Virus record (IMG/VR): IMGVR_UViG_3300046059_000011
Location: 1-35,330 of that record
Source: a virus
Lineage: Duplodnaviria > Caudoviricetes
Reading direction: 5' to 3' (one strand)
DNA length: 35,330 nt
This document shows positions 25,005-34,261 of this stretch, in pieces. The translations under genes were made by a program, and so were the position numbers. The notes under the pieces were generated by a model that did not search any database, was not told where the DNA came from, and worked only from the letters and a program-made list of their open reading frames with translations. The stretch's first letter is position 1. Each line of letters opens with the position of its first letter.

Positions 25005-25607
25005 ATGGGAACATCTTCGAAAGAAGGGATCGGAAAGGATCCCGAAAAAGTGGATGCAGCAGCACCGACTGATGAACAAGTTCTGGAACACCTGGAACAG
25101 CAGGCTACCCCCGAGGCAGCCGCTGATGATCTAGATCAGGAACTGCCATCACGGGCTGAACTGTTCCAGGTGGTGCAGGATCAGCAGGAATCCATCGAGC
25201 GGCTAGAAGATCGGGTGTCAGATTTGGAAGCCGAAGTGGATGAAGTTTCCTTTGAAGCCACTACCATCGAGGAAGTGGCCGAACAATTCAAGAAGGGGGA
25301 AATCGGAGGGGAAGCCGGGGCTGAATTCCTTCAGGAATTCGTTTCCGTCCCCCCATCAGACAGCCTGATAAACGCCAGATCGAACCAGTTATTCTTCCGG
25401 ATCATCCGGGAACGTCGTGTGGGAAAGCCCGTGCTGGCAAAACACGTGGTGAACTGGCTGGATTTTCACGATTCAGCGAATCCCTCGGTGAAAGCGAAAC
25501 GGGTGATGGAACGGGTAGAGCAGCATCGGGATGATGATCATTACATCGGCAGCATCGAGCTAGGGAAGTACCGGGGACAGAACGTTATCTGGTTGAACCG
25601 TGACTAG
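25005..25607 (+). CDS. coiled-coil plus putative winged-helix protein, candidate replication initiator or regulator
   Basis: Only convincing plus-strand gene; GGTGA SD; acidic coiled coil followed by a more basic helical C-terminus; next to the repeat array. Function is inferred. Confidence 0.7.
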   Translation: MGTSSKEGIGKDPEKVDAAAPTDEQVLEHLEQQATPEAAADDLDQELPSRAELFQVVQDQQESIERLEDRVSDLEAEVDEVSFEATTIEEVAEQFKKGEIGGEAGAEFLQEFVSVPPSDSLINARSNQLFFRIIRERRVGKPVLAKHVVNWLDFHDSANPSVKAKRVMERVEQHRDDDHYIGSIELGKYRGQNVIWLNRD

Positions 25608-25624
25608 CCCAGCACGAACAGCAT

Positions 25625-25870
25625 CCTAACACGGAAGCGGCAATTTTCGCTGTTAGCTGAGTGTTAGGTGTTAGGCTTCAGAAAGTGCGTGGCTGGTAGC
25701 CACGCCATCTTTCTTTCTAGTTCTCTTTATAAGGTAGTTATATATAACGTATGAGCTAACACCTTCCTAACATCGATGTAACAGCGGGAAGCGTGAAATA
25801 TAGACGATCACCGTGGTTTGCCTAACACCACGCTGATTTTCACGGCTAACAGCTAACACCAATCTAACAT
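25625..25870. repeat. CTAACA box array around an AT-rich core, putative replication origin
   Basis: About ten (C/G/T)CTAACA boxes; three inverted on the left and the rest direct on the right of an AT-rich core containing the palindrome GTTATATATAAC. Confidence 0.6.
25687..25718 (+). terminator. Hairpin plus T-rich tract downstream of the plus-strand gene
   Basis: GCGTGGCT-GGT-AGCCACGC followed by CATCTTTCTTTCT. Confidence 0.45.
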
Positions 25871-26077
25871 CCCGCCGTCCGTGCCTACTTAAAGACGGCC
25901 TCGGCTTCAGTACTGGGTGCTGTTCTAAGGAACGTGAAGGGGTGTTGAAGCGGATCCCATCGAAGCCGATGCGTACCACGTGAACCTTCGTTCGCCTTCA
26001 GCAGCAACCCAGTGTGGCCAGGTGCAACCCAGAACGTGTGAACCACGAGGAACTTATCCCCTGGTTCATCAGCGGGA

Positions 26078-27091
26078 TCAGTATGCAGCGGTTTGGCTGT
26101 TCACCAGCGTACTCTGGATGTCGTATGTTCCACTGGTATCTTCGGCTTCCCAGCCGATGTTCTCGATGATCGCATCCTGTTCGTTCACCTGGGCTTCATC
26201 GGTGGCTAAAATGATGTTCGGCAGATCCAGTTCCAGGCTGTATGCAGTGGATCCGCCCGTGACCGTGTTCTCGGGGCTGATCCACTTACAGTTTAGACTG
26301 GCTTTATACAGTGCATCCTGAACGGTGGTGGCCGACGCCCCGCCCAGGAATAACTGCATTGCGTTCGTGTTTTCGAAATCCAGATTCAGGTTCCCGGAAA
26401 CAGCCCGTTCACCTACGTGGCATTTCGCTGGGGTTCGGCTGCCTCGGATCTTTTCATCCAGATCGTTATCGATGGTGGCACTGAATTCGGCCACATCCAC
26501 GGATCGATCCGTGCCATCGAGATTAATGGTTCCATCGTGCCACACGAACGGCCTGGCATCGCTGTAGGTAGGTGAAGCCTGGGTTCCCTGAAGTTCGGGT
26601 TCTTGGGCGTTCATGTCGGCAGATACCATCAGGTATTCCTCGGGCGTGTGGCTGATTTCCAGGCTGCCGATCCCTACACCCTTATGCCGAAGGGAATCGA
26701 TGGCACCCAGGCCGATTTCCACAGCGTAACTGGGCAGTTTATTGTCGGTGCTGAAGGTGTGTTCCCCGGTATCATCCGCGCTATCACCATCCGAATCAGA
26801 TGTAACCACAGATGTGGATCCGAACGCACCTTTCAGCAGGTAGCCCAGGCCGTTTTCCGGGCCTGCCACCATTTCCACGCTGCCATCATCTTCGAACACC
26901 CCGGCAGTGCCATCGAACCTGGATCTCCCCCGAATGTTCGAATTGAACAGCACGCCGTTTTCCATACTGAACCCATCACTGTTGATGGGCAGGAAAACCG
27001 AAGGACTGCCACCACCCCCGTAACTCGATTCTTCCGTTAGGCCACAGTAGCCTAAGTGCGACTGTGCATCCGTTCCGATGTTCTGGGTCAT
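26078..27091 (-). CDS. major tail tube protein
   Basis: GYCGLTEESSYG...HTF...LPSYAVEIG...VSGNLNLDFEN, siphovirus tail-tube pattern; position. Confidence 0.85.
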   Translation of the reverse strand: MTQNIGTDAQSHLGYCGLTEESSYGGGGSPSVFLPINSDGFSMENGVLFNSNIRGRSRFDGTAGVFEDDGSVEMVAGPENGLGYLLKGAFGSTSVVTSDSDGDSADDTGEHTFSTDNKLPSYAVEIGLGAIDSLRHKGVGIGSLEISHTPEEYLMVSADMNAQEPELQGTQASPTYSDARPFVWHDGTINLDGTDRSVDVAEFSATIDNDLDEKIRGSRTPAKCHVGERAVSGNLNLDFENTNAMQLFLGGASATTVQDALYKASLNCKWISPENTVTGGSTAYSLELDLPNIILATDEAQVNEQDAIIENIGWEAEDTSGTYDIQSTLVNSQTAAY

Positions 27092-27550
27092 TTACTGATC
27101 ACCTGCATCTGTCTCGGTGTTCCCATCAGATGAATCAGCATCACGCTGGTTTTCACCATCTGCATCTGGGTAGTGGGTGCTAAGGTGGCCGTTCAGGGAT
27201 TTCACCGAGGGGAACACGTCGCCACAGGTCCCATCATCGGTGGGGTGTTCGCACACCACGCCATACTGGATCAGCGGGTTCGACAGTTCCCCGTGGGTTA
27301 GTTCTTCGGCCACGGGTGCAGCCACAGCGTTCGCTGGTGCTTCACCTGCATCAATGGCTTCCTCGGAAGCCACCGGCAGGGGTTCGTGCATCCTGAAGTT
27401 CCCTTCAGGCGTTTCCTTGATCATCATCTGGAAGCGAATCCCGAAATCATCCAGAACCACCGATGTTTGCCTGCCTCGGAACTGGATGGCTTCACGGATC
27501 ACTTCCCCATCTTTATCTTCAGGTTCAGTGTTGGGAAGTTCACGTGCCAT
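27092..27550 (-). CDS. C2H2-type zinc finger protein
   Basis: CEHPTDDGTCGDVFPSVKSLNGHLSTH; ATG at 27550. Confidence 0.7.
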   Translation of the reverse strand: MARELPNTEPEDKDGEVIREAIQFRGRQTSVVLDDFGIRFQMMIKETPEGNFRMHEPLPVASEEAIDAGEAPANAVAAPVAEELTHGELSNPLIQYGVVCEHPTDDGTCGDVFPSVKSLNGHLSTHYPDADGENQRDADSSDGNTETDAGDQ

Positions 27551-27563
27551 ATTCGGATCTAGT

Positions 27564-28115
27564 TCACGGCTTTCGACGTTTCGTTTCCACCACGAAATCG
27601 GCTGTTCCGTATTTGAGGTGGATCTGTTCACCCTGCACGTTCAGTGCAAAATCGAACTGCACCGCATCTGCACCGGAAGCCAGGTGTGCATCCTTAGCGA
27701 TGGGATCACCAGAACCGGGGCTGGATTCCAGGCTTCGGTTTTCCTCGATGTTGTTCACCACGTTCCCGATGATGATCTGGGCCAGTTCCAGCCCATACTG
27801 CTGATCATAATCGGCCACGAACGCACTGATGCTGAACGTATATGTGGTATCGTTCGCCTGGATGTTCCTGGCGTTATCACCCACCCCAGTCGGGATGGAC
27901 ATCACCACCGGCAGTTCGAAGTGGTTCAGTAACTGTTCGGCTGAAACCACACCTTTCACGTGGTGTTGCACATCAGGCGATGATCCGGTTCCATCGAGGT
28001 TCCCAGAATTCAGGTGGTTATCCACGGCCACCGAACGGAATCGTTCCAGCACTTCCAGTTCGGCTTCGGTGAACCCATCGAAATCCGATGGATCGAAGCC
28101 TGCATCAGTGGCCAT
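27564..28115 (-). CDS. tail terminator/completion protein
   Basis: Size and position between the gp10-like gene and the tail tube. Confidence 0.6.
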   Translation of the reverse strand: MATDAGFDPSDFDGFTEAELEVLERFRSVAVDNHLNSGNLDGTGSSPDVQHHVKGVVSAEQLLNHFELPVVMSIPTGVGDNARNIQANDTTYTFSISAFVADYDQQYGLELAQIIIGNVVNNIEENRSLESSPGSGDPIAKDAHLASGADAVQFDFALNVQGEQIHLKYGTADFVVETKRRKP

Positions 28116-28643
28116 TTAGACCGCACCCCCGGTATCGAACGCATCATCCACTGCATCCTGGGCTACCTGTTGCGTTCGGCCTTCCCACCGGTTCATCGAT
28201 CTATCGATGAATTCGTTCGGGAAGGTTTCGTGGCCATCCTGGAAGATCGCCCAGCGGATGTTTTCAGCCGCCTGTTCCAGCGTTTGGCCTTCATCCGGGG
28301 TAATCTTAGCACTGGCCCACTGCAGGATCGGATCCAGCGGTGGGGGGCTGGTATCGTAATCCGTCCCCTCGATGATGGCGTGATGCAACGGCCAGCCATC
28401 TTCCGTTCGCTTCCTCGGTGCGATGGAAACCCGATACGGATCCGTGGATTCCGTGTGGGCTTTGATGGTGGTGGCCATGTTCACCCGAGGGATTCCCACC
28501 CCTTCCGGGGCTTCATCCTTCATGTGGCGTTCGGCCAGCACTGCTAGCTGATCCACCGCATCTTCAGCACCATCCCCGAGGATCTGTTTCCAGCGTTCAT
28601 CCACACGGGATGGCACATCCACTTTAATTTCCAGATCAGCCAC
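28116..28643 (-). CDS. HK97-gp10-like neck/tail completion protein
   Basis: MKDEAP...IIEGT...PPPLDPILQWA...PNEFIDRS; GTG start at 28643 after GGTGA. Confidence 0.7.
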   Translation of the reverse strand: MADLEIKVDVPSRVDERWKQILGDGAEDAVDQLAVLAERHMKDEAPEGVGIPRVNMATTIKAHTESTDPYRVSIAPRKRTEDGWPLHHAIIEGTDYDTSPPPLDPILQWASAKITPDEGQTLEQAAENIRWAIFQDGHETFPNEFIDRSMNRWEGRTQQVAQDAVDDAFDTGGAV

Positions 28644-29109
28644 CGTAATCACCCCCGAAGTTCGTAAGCCCCGAGGATCGGCCAGTGGCCGGGAAATCGC
28701 TTCCCTGGGCTTCCGTGGTATCGGTGACATCGTAACCGTTCACTGTCACCCAGTCATCGAACTTTGATTCAGCACGCTGTTCCAGGAACACGTGCCTTTT
28801 CTGGCCTTCATCCTGTTCAGATCGGAAGTTTTGGGCCACGCTTTCGTGTGTCTCGGATGCGGCCAGCAGTTCCACTGCCTTCACCAGCAGCGGGTGATTA
28901 TCTTCGATGGTGGTGTGATCCGGCAGATCACTGGGAATATCCTGATCGGTGGCACGCTTCCACCATGCCTGCACGCTGTCCGTGGCAGAAACGATGAACG
29001 TTTCCACATCTGGATTATCCCCCTGCTGGGGAATATCGATGTATTCCAGCACGCCATCGCTGGTGGCCCAGTGATCATCATCCAGATCTGAACTTGTTAC
29101 GTTCGCCAT
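28636..29109 (-). CDS. head-tail adaptor protein
   Basis: WATSDGVLEYI...FIVSATDSV...AVELLAA helical pattern; position after the capsid genes. Confidence 0.6.
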   Translation of the reverse strand: MANVTSSDLDDDHWATSDGVLEYIDIPQQGDNPDVETFIVSATDSVQAWWKRATDQDIPSDLPDHTTIEDNHPLLVKAVELLAASETHESVAQNFRSEQDEGQKRHVFLEQRAESKFDDWVTVNGYDVTDTTEAQGSDFPATGRSSGLTNFGGDYGG

Positions 29110-29460
29110 TTAATCATCACCCGATGATGTGCTACCCCGATAGAAATCATCTTCCTGGTTATGGCGTTCATCCAGGCGGGCTGTTTCTTCCCGAAGTTCC
29201 TGGATTTCCTCGACGTTCATTCCCATCCGTTCCAGCACCATTTCCTGCCGGGATACGATGTGATCCTGTTTCTGATCCACCCGGTTTACCTGCTCCTCGA
29301 TGTGATCCTGGCTGTCAGATATGGATTCCACATCTGATTCCACATCGGTGATGTCACTGTGCAGCGAACGGTATGCAGCAGCCGTTCCCAGCCACAGCAG
29401 CACCACCATAAACCAGGTGTGATCCTGGGCCAGTGTGACTAGATCAGCCAGCCCAGCCAT
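29110..29460 (-). CDS. membrane-anchored coiled-coil protein
   Basis: One N-terminal TM helix followed by heptad repeats. Confidence 0.7.
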   Translation of the reverse strand: MAGLADLVTLAQDHTWFMVVLLWLGTAAAYRSLHSDITDVESDVESISDSQDHIEEQVNRVDQKQDHIVSRQEMVLERMGMNVEEIQELREETARLDERHNQEDDFYRGSTSSGDD

Positions 29461-29466
29461 CTGGGA

Positions 29467-29874
29467 TCACCCAGCCCGCTGATCCAGTGCCTCGATCACT
29501 GAATCCCGAGGATCACCATCCCGGTTCTGTTCGGCAGTTCTTACGGCTTCCAGGTGGCCATCCGCTTCACCATCTTCGATGGCAGCGGTGACTGCCTGCC
29601 AGGATTCATCCACGAACCCTTCAGAATCGAAGCCATCCCTATCGGCTTCAATTTCCTCTGGTTCAGCGGGATCATCCTGTTCGGCAGCGGGTGGGGCTTC
29701 ATCGGTGGCAGCATCATCAGGCCGTTCCCAGCCCCGTTTTAGATACTGATCCACCATCGAATCTGGCACGTCGAACGTGCCAGGCCCGACGTATCGCCGT
29801 TCATCGGAATCTTCCCCTTCAGCGGAAGCTTCCACGAACGTGGCCCGCCTGGGCCAGTGCAGTTCTGTGGACAT
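29467..29874 (-). CDS. acidic head-associated hypothetical protein
   Basis: Follows the major capsid gene; C-terminal AEQ...PRDSVIEALDQR helical motif. Confidence 0.7.
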   Translation of the reverse strand: MSTELHWPRRATFVEASAEGEDSDERRYVGPGTFDVPDSMVDQYLKRGWERPDDAATDEAPPAAEQDDPAEPEEIEADRDGFDSEGFVDESWQAVTAAIEDGEADGHLEAVRTAEQNRDGDPRDSVIEALDQRAG

Positions 29875-29881
29875 CTGTGAT

Positions 29882-30988
29882 CTAGATGTCCTGGATGATG
29901 GCCCAGTTATCCGGTCGGTGCAGGTGGAACCCGATTTCCTGGGCGATCTTGAACCAGGTGACGAGGGGATCGTTATCGGTCCACATCTGGGTTAGGAACC
30001 CGTTGCCCATGTCCACGCTGAAATCCCCGCTGGGCGGGGCCTGTTCGCCGTGTTCGGACAGTCGATCAGCGAACCACGGGATGAACGCCGATACCTGGCC
30101 GGGCGCACCGATCACGATGTTCCGCCGCTGGGTGCTATTTGCTGCATCGTAGGGTTCCAGGATGTTATCCTTCACAGCGTTCGACGGATCTTCCACCACG
30201 TTATCGGATCCATCGACTGGCTGGCCGTTCGCATCAGTGCGAACCACCTGGGTGCGAACAGGCTGGATTTGATCCACCGGCAGGATGTTCGCCACCTGAT
30301 CTTCGGTAAGCCCCTGGGTGTCCACACCGCTGAACCGGGATTCCAGATCATCGTTTTTCTTCAGATCCCGAAGGGCAGATGGTGACATATAGGCCGTGAT
30401 CTGGCCGGCCTGATCCAGCATATCACCATCATCCTCGATCTGGAATTGTGCATCGATGAAGCTGTTCTGGGGGGTGCTGTTCGCCGTATCGCTGAAGGCA
30501 GTGGTGGGGGTGAACACGTGGGACGAATCCAGATCAGGGTGGGCAGTCTGCCCATCATCCCCGATCAGGCCATCAATCCCACCGTATCCCTGCCAGGCCA
30601 CCAGCGATCTAGCGATTTCCAGCCGAAGCCGAAGGGTATCAGCAGCGGCTTCGAACAGGTTCAGGATTTCCTGATCCGTGTTCAGTTCCGTATCTGCACC
30701 CTTTTCCGGGCTGATTTTCGCTTTGAAGGTTTCCACGCCGATGGTGGATTCATCGAGATCATCCATGTCCACCACGCGACTTTCGGACGCCAGATCCCCA
30801 CGCGGCATCGGCATTTCGCTGCCGTCCATCGTGAAGTATGTTTCCTGGCTATCTGAAAGTTCCACCAGCGGGAATACTTCAGTAGCGATCAATGCGTTCT
30901 GTCGGTTCTGGTTATCCAGATCCCGAACGATTTCGTTCCGAAGCGTTTTCGGGGAAATCGTATCGGCTTTGGATAGTGTAAATCCCAT
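29882..30988 (-). CDS. major capsid protein (HK97 fold)
   Basis: 368 aa, LIATEVFPLVE...; follows the protease/scaffold and decoration genes. Confidence 0.85.
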   Translation of the reverse strand: MGFTLSKADTISPKTLRNEIVRDLDNQNRQNALIATEVFPLVELSDSQETYFTMDGSEMPMPRGDLASESRVVDMDDLDESTIGVETFKAKISPEKGADTELNTDQEILNLFEAAADTLRLRLEIARSLVAWQGYGGIDGLIGDDGQTAHPDLDSSHVFTPTTAFSDTANSTPQNSFIDAQFQIEDDGDMLDQAGQITAYMSPSALRDLKKNDDLESRFSGVDTQGLTEDQVANILPVDQIQPVRTQVVRTDANGQPVDGSDNVVEDPSNAVKDNILEPYDAANSTQRRNIVIGAPGQVSAFIPWFADRLSEHGEQAPPSGDFSVDMGNGFLTQMWTDNDPLVTWFKIAQEIGFHLHRPDNWAIIQDI

Positions 30989-30994
30989 CGATTA

Positions 30995-31414
30995 TCACCT
31001 GTAAACCGCGACAGCGACCCGATCCCCGACGTGCAGGGATCGAACGTTCGTTCCCACTACCAGGCCATACGCATCCGAACGGGTTACAGCGGTGGTGCCA
31101 TCCCCGAGAGTGTCGGAAACGGTGCCACCGGAACGTTCGGCCACCAGATCGCCTGCCGATGGGGTGTAAGTTCCCTCGGGGTTCAGGTAGTAAACCGGCT
31201 TACAGACCCGAACCATATCGTCCGTGGTGTCGTCCGAGGGATCCGTAACCAACATCCCAAGTGCAGCAGCATCATCGGTGGCCTGCTGCACCTGGGTGAA
31301 TTCGTTGCCTTCACCCGAGACTTCCATCAGATCGCCGGGGGTGGATGTTGCACTATCCGTTACTTCCACGGGGATCTTATCCCCAGGTTCGAAGGCCACG
31401 TATCTGGATGTCAT
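30995..31414 (-). CDS. head decoration/cement protein
   Basis: 139-aa beta-rich protein between scaffold and capsid genes. Confidence 0.65.
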   Translation of the reverse strand: MTSRYVAFEPGDKIPVEVTDSATSTPGDLMEVSGEGNEFTQVQQATDDAAALGMLVTDPSDDTTDDMVRVCKPVYYLNPEGTYTPSAGDLVAERSGGTVSDTLGDGTTAVTRSDAYGLVVGTNVRSLHVGDRVAVAVYR

Positions 31415-33138
31415 TAGGTTTCACCCCCGCTGATTGCTGCCTGAAGTTCGTGTTCCGAACCGTATTCCTCGGAGCTGATCCCGTGCTGTGCCTCGATGTA
31501 TTCCGAAGGTGACTGGCCACGGGAATCGGCAGCGTGGATTTCCCGTGCAGTCATAACGGATCGGGCTGCCTGATCCGTTTCCTCGGATCCGCTGGCTTCG
31601 GATTCCACCGAACCCACGGATTCATCAGCGGCCACGGCAGCCGACAGTTCATCCCGTTTGGCCTTCGAACGTCCGAATTCACGCCAGCGTTCGCCCGCCA
31701 TCGCTTCCAGTTCCGAAAGCGGCTTCCCGGCCAGATCCTCGGTGCGTTCCTGCTGATCCTCGGTGTCGTACTTCGGAAGGGCTGCCTCTAGATCAGCGAT
31801 TTCAGCCCGAAGATCTTCACTGAACGCATCCACGACACCCTGGGGGGCAAATCCATCATCATCTGGGTCCACACCCTGGGATGCAGCGATCTGTCGGAAG
31901 TGTTCCGCTTCATCCGAGAGACTGGAAACCTGGGCTTCCAGTTCCTCGATCTGTTCGTCTTTCGATTCCACTGTTTCCGACGCCTGGCTTAGTGCTGCCT
32001 TAGCAGCATCCAGGTCCTGGGGATCAGTGGGGAAATCGTTTCCATCAGTCATTTCTGAAGTGTTCGCTTCCTGTTCTGCCTCGATACTTCCGGCAGCAGC
32101 CCGAAGGGTGCGAACGAACCCATCAGCCTGCTGCCTGGGGGAACTGGCTGCCATCCGGCCAGATGCAGCCGCTGCACCGGCCAGTTCCGGCAGGTTCCCG
32201 TTCTTTGCCCCTTCCACAGCCTGATCAGGCACGACATCCACCCGCTGGATGTCCGTGGCTGCTACCTGAAGGGATCCATCATCCCGCTTCACCGGCTGGC
32301 CACTGGAATCGGTTTCCAGTGCGATGTTCCCCACGATGCTGAACCCGAACCCATCGAACGAACCCGCTTCAGCCGCTTCCACGGCTTTCGAATTCGTAAA
32401 TTCGGATTCCCGCATCGTGATGGCTTCACGCCCATCATCCAGGCTATCCTGGCTGAATTCCTGGGCCACACCGATTTCACCCAGTGCAGTCTGTGCTGCC
32501 ACTGAATCATCATCGGGGTGATCAAAGCCGATCCTCGGGGGGTCCCCAGCCTGCATCCGTTCCTGAACCCGCTGGAACGTATCGGGGATGGTTCCCTCGG
32601 GAACGTGAACCGATGTGGGTTCGCCGTTCACCCACAGATCATGCTGGCCGCTGGCCCACACGATACCCTTCAGCCCATCGGCTGAAGCATCGGCAGGATC
32701 AGCAGCCTCGATCTGTGCAGTGAACGACCGGCTGGCTTCCATCGATCCAGGCATATCAGCGATTTCATCCTGGCTTACATCCCAGGATTCCATCGAGGAT
32801 TCACTGTGGGCTGGCCTGGCCTGCCCAGGCACCCAGCCATCATCCCGTTCCTGCATCACCTGGATCAGATAGGCCGGATCATCTTCGGTGCCTTCCACCG
32901 ACTGATCGGCCTGATTCCCGGACCCATCACGGATCCGTTCATCGAACGTGGCTGTGGCAGTTCGATCCACTACCACACCACGCCAGGTGCCGCCTGAACT
33001 GCTACCCTGCACGAAATCGCCAGTGTCAAACTGGTAATCCACGTCCTGGGCCTGGATCACAGCATCGGCAGCATCGGCTGCTGCCTGCTGAAGATCATCG
33101 ATCAGGCTGTGGATCGCCTGAACTGCTGCTGGATCCAT
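31414..33138 (-). CDS. prohead protease-scaffold fusion with N-terminal SH3/Tudor-like domain
   Basis: RIGFDH...GFSIVG protease-like core, C-terminal coiled-coil scaffold, N-terminal GDFV...GTWRGVVVD...GTEDDPAYLI. Confidence 0.7.
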   Translation of the reverse strand: MDPAAVQAIHSLIDDLQQAAADAADAVIQAQDVDYQFDTGDFVQGSSSGGTWRGVVVDRTATATFDERIRDGSGNQADQSVEGTEDDPAYLIQVMQERDDGWVPGQARPAHSESSMESWDVSQDEIADMPGSMEASRSFTAQIEAADPADASADGLKGIVWASGQHDLWVNGEPTSVHVPEGTIPDTFQRVQERMQAGDPPRIGFDHPDDDSVAAQTALGEIGVAQEFSQDSLDDGREAITMRESEFTNSKAVEAAEAGSFDGFGFSIVGNIALETDSSGQPVKRDDGSLQVAATDIQRVDVVPDQAVEGAKNGNLPELAGAAAASGRMAASSPRQQADGFVRTLRAAAGSIEAEQEANTSEMTDGNDFPTDPQDLDAAKAALSQASETVESKDEQIEELEAQVSSLSDEAEHFRQIAASQGVDPDDDGFAPQGVVDAFSEDLRAEIADLEAALPKYDTEDQQERTEDLAGKPLSELEAMAGERWREFGRSKAKRDELSAAVAADESVGSVESEASGSEETDQAARSVMTAREIHAADSRGQSPSEYIEAQHGISSEEYGSEHELQAAISGGET

Positions 33139-33167
33139 CCCTACCCAGGCAGATGCAGGCTTTACGG

Positions 33168-33200
33168 ATAAACCAGCATCACGCTGGTTTCGAAACCAGC
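33168..33200 (-). promoter_or_regulatory. Putative late promoter with three AAACCAGC half-sites
   Basis: ataaaccagc-atcac-gctggttt-cg-aaaccagc; TTTAT at -34 to -30 from the ATG at 33138. Confidence 0.7.
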
Positions 33201-33350
33201 AGGATGTGTGTTACTGATCCTCGATGCGACTGGTGAAGATCGAACCGGCCACCCAGCCGAAGATCAACCCAGCAGCGAACCCAACTGCCAGGTAATGAAA
33301 CTCTTTGAACGTGGATGCGAACTGTTTCACCCCCACAGTGGGGGTGAACT

Positions 33351-33734
33351 TCACTGCTGATCCCCGTCCGACCCTTCGGGTTCTTCCCGAACCGCCTGTT
33401 CACCAGGCAGTTCGTAATTATCAGCGATCCGGGCGATGGTTCGCATCAACCCCCGGATGAAGCCGATCCCCGTGATGCGAACGATCTGCACGAACGTGAA
33501 CAGTGCGAACGTAACCAGGATGATACCGGCCAGGTACTCGATTACCCAGCCCAGATCCGCCTGGAACGTGAATGTCGCCTGAAGATCGATGATCCCCAGC
33601 CAGTAAGAAACAGCGAACGCCCCGATCACCAGTGCCAGCAGCCCCACGAAATAGGCATACGCAAATGATACCTGCCAGGGCTTCCCCGGCTTCAGCGGCT
33701 GAAGATTACCGCCAGGATCCTCGGATTCAGACAT
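33351..33734 (-). CDS. membrane protein (2 TM)
   Basis: Two long hydrophobic helices. Confidence 0.75.
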   Translation of the reverse strand: MSESEDPGGNLQPLKPGKPWQVSFAYAYFVGLLALVIGAFAVSYWLGIIDLQATFTFQADLGWVIEYLAGIILVTFALFTFVQIVRITGIGFIRGLMRTIARIADNYELPGEQAVREEPEGSDGDQQ

Positions 33735-34188
33735 CCACGTTCACCCCCAGTTTCATCGCTGCTGAACGGATCCGGCTTTCGATGTTTCGAACCGCCTGAT
33801 CATCCACGCCTGCACAGCCTGGGTGATCCTTCCCTTCATACGCATAGAATATTTCCCGTGGTTCCAGCCCGCTGTGGTGCCACAGCACCCACACCAGCGT
33901 TTCCTGGGCGTTCAGCCCCTTCCCGAGTAGATTGATTAGTACCCCCGTATCAGTGAATCCATCCCCCTGCTGTAACTGTTTCAGCACTGTGGACAGCTTC
34001 GGATCAGTGGGATCATCAGCCCAGCCGGGCTGATCCCGCATCACCTGCCGCGATGCACGGTTTAGGATTTCCCTACCCTCTTTATCGAGGTAGGGGGATG
34101 TTCCGAAGTTCTTCCCGCGCTTCGGTATCGATTCACCTGTTCCTGGATCACCATCACCAGCACCATCCCGTTCCATAGTGGACATCAT
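33727..34188 (-). CDS. putative HTH transcriptional regulator (sigma-region-4/LuxR-like C-terminus)
   Basis: LNAQETLVWVL...GLEPREI...AVRNIESRIRSAAMKL; AT-rich upstream region. Confidence 0.6.
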   Translation of the reverse strand: MMSTMERDGAGDGDPGTGESIPKRGKNFGTSPYLDKEGREILNRASRQVMRDQPGWADDPTDPKLSTVLKQLQQGDGFTDTGVLINLLGKGLNAQETLVWVLWHHSGLEPREIFYAYEGKDHPGCAGVDDQAVRNIESRIRSAAMKLGVNVDV

Positions 34189-34261
34189 CGCACACTTAAG
34201 AGTCCGTTAATGTAAGGTTATGGGAAACCTACCCAAATAATCCACATATGGGTTCTGAAAG

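Noticed and set aside
26040-26067. Hairpin after the tail tube gene as a terminator
   Set aside because: Imperfect stem with no U-tract; insufficient support.
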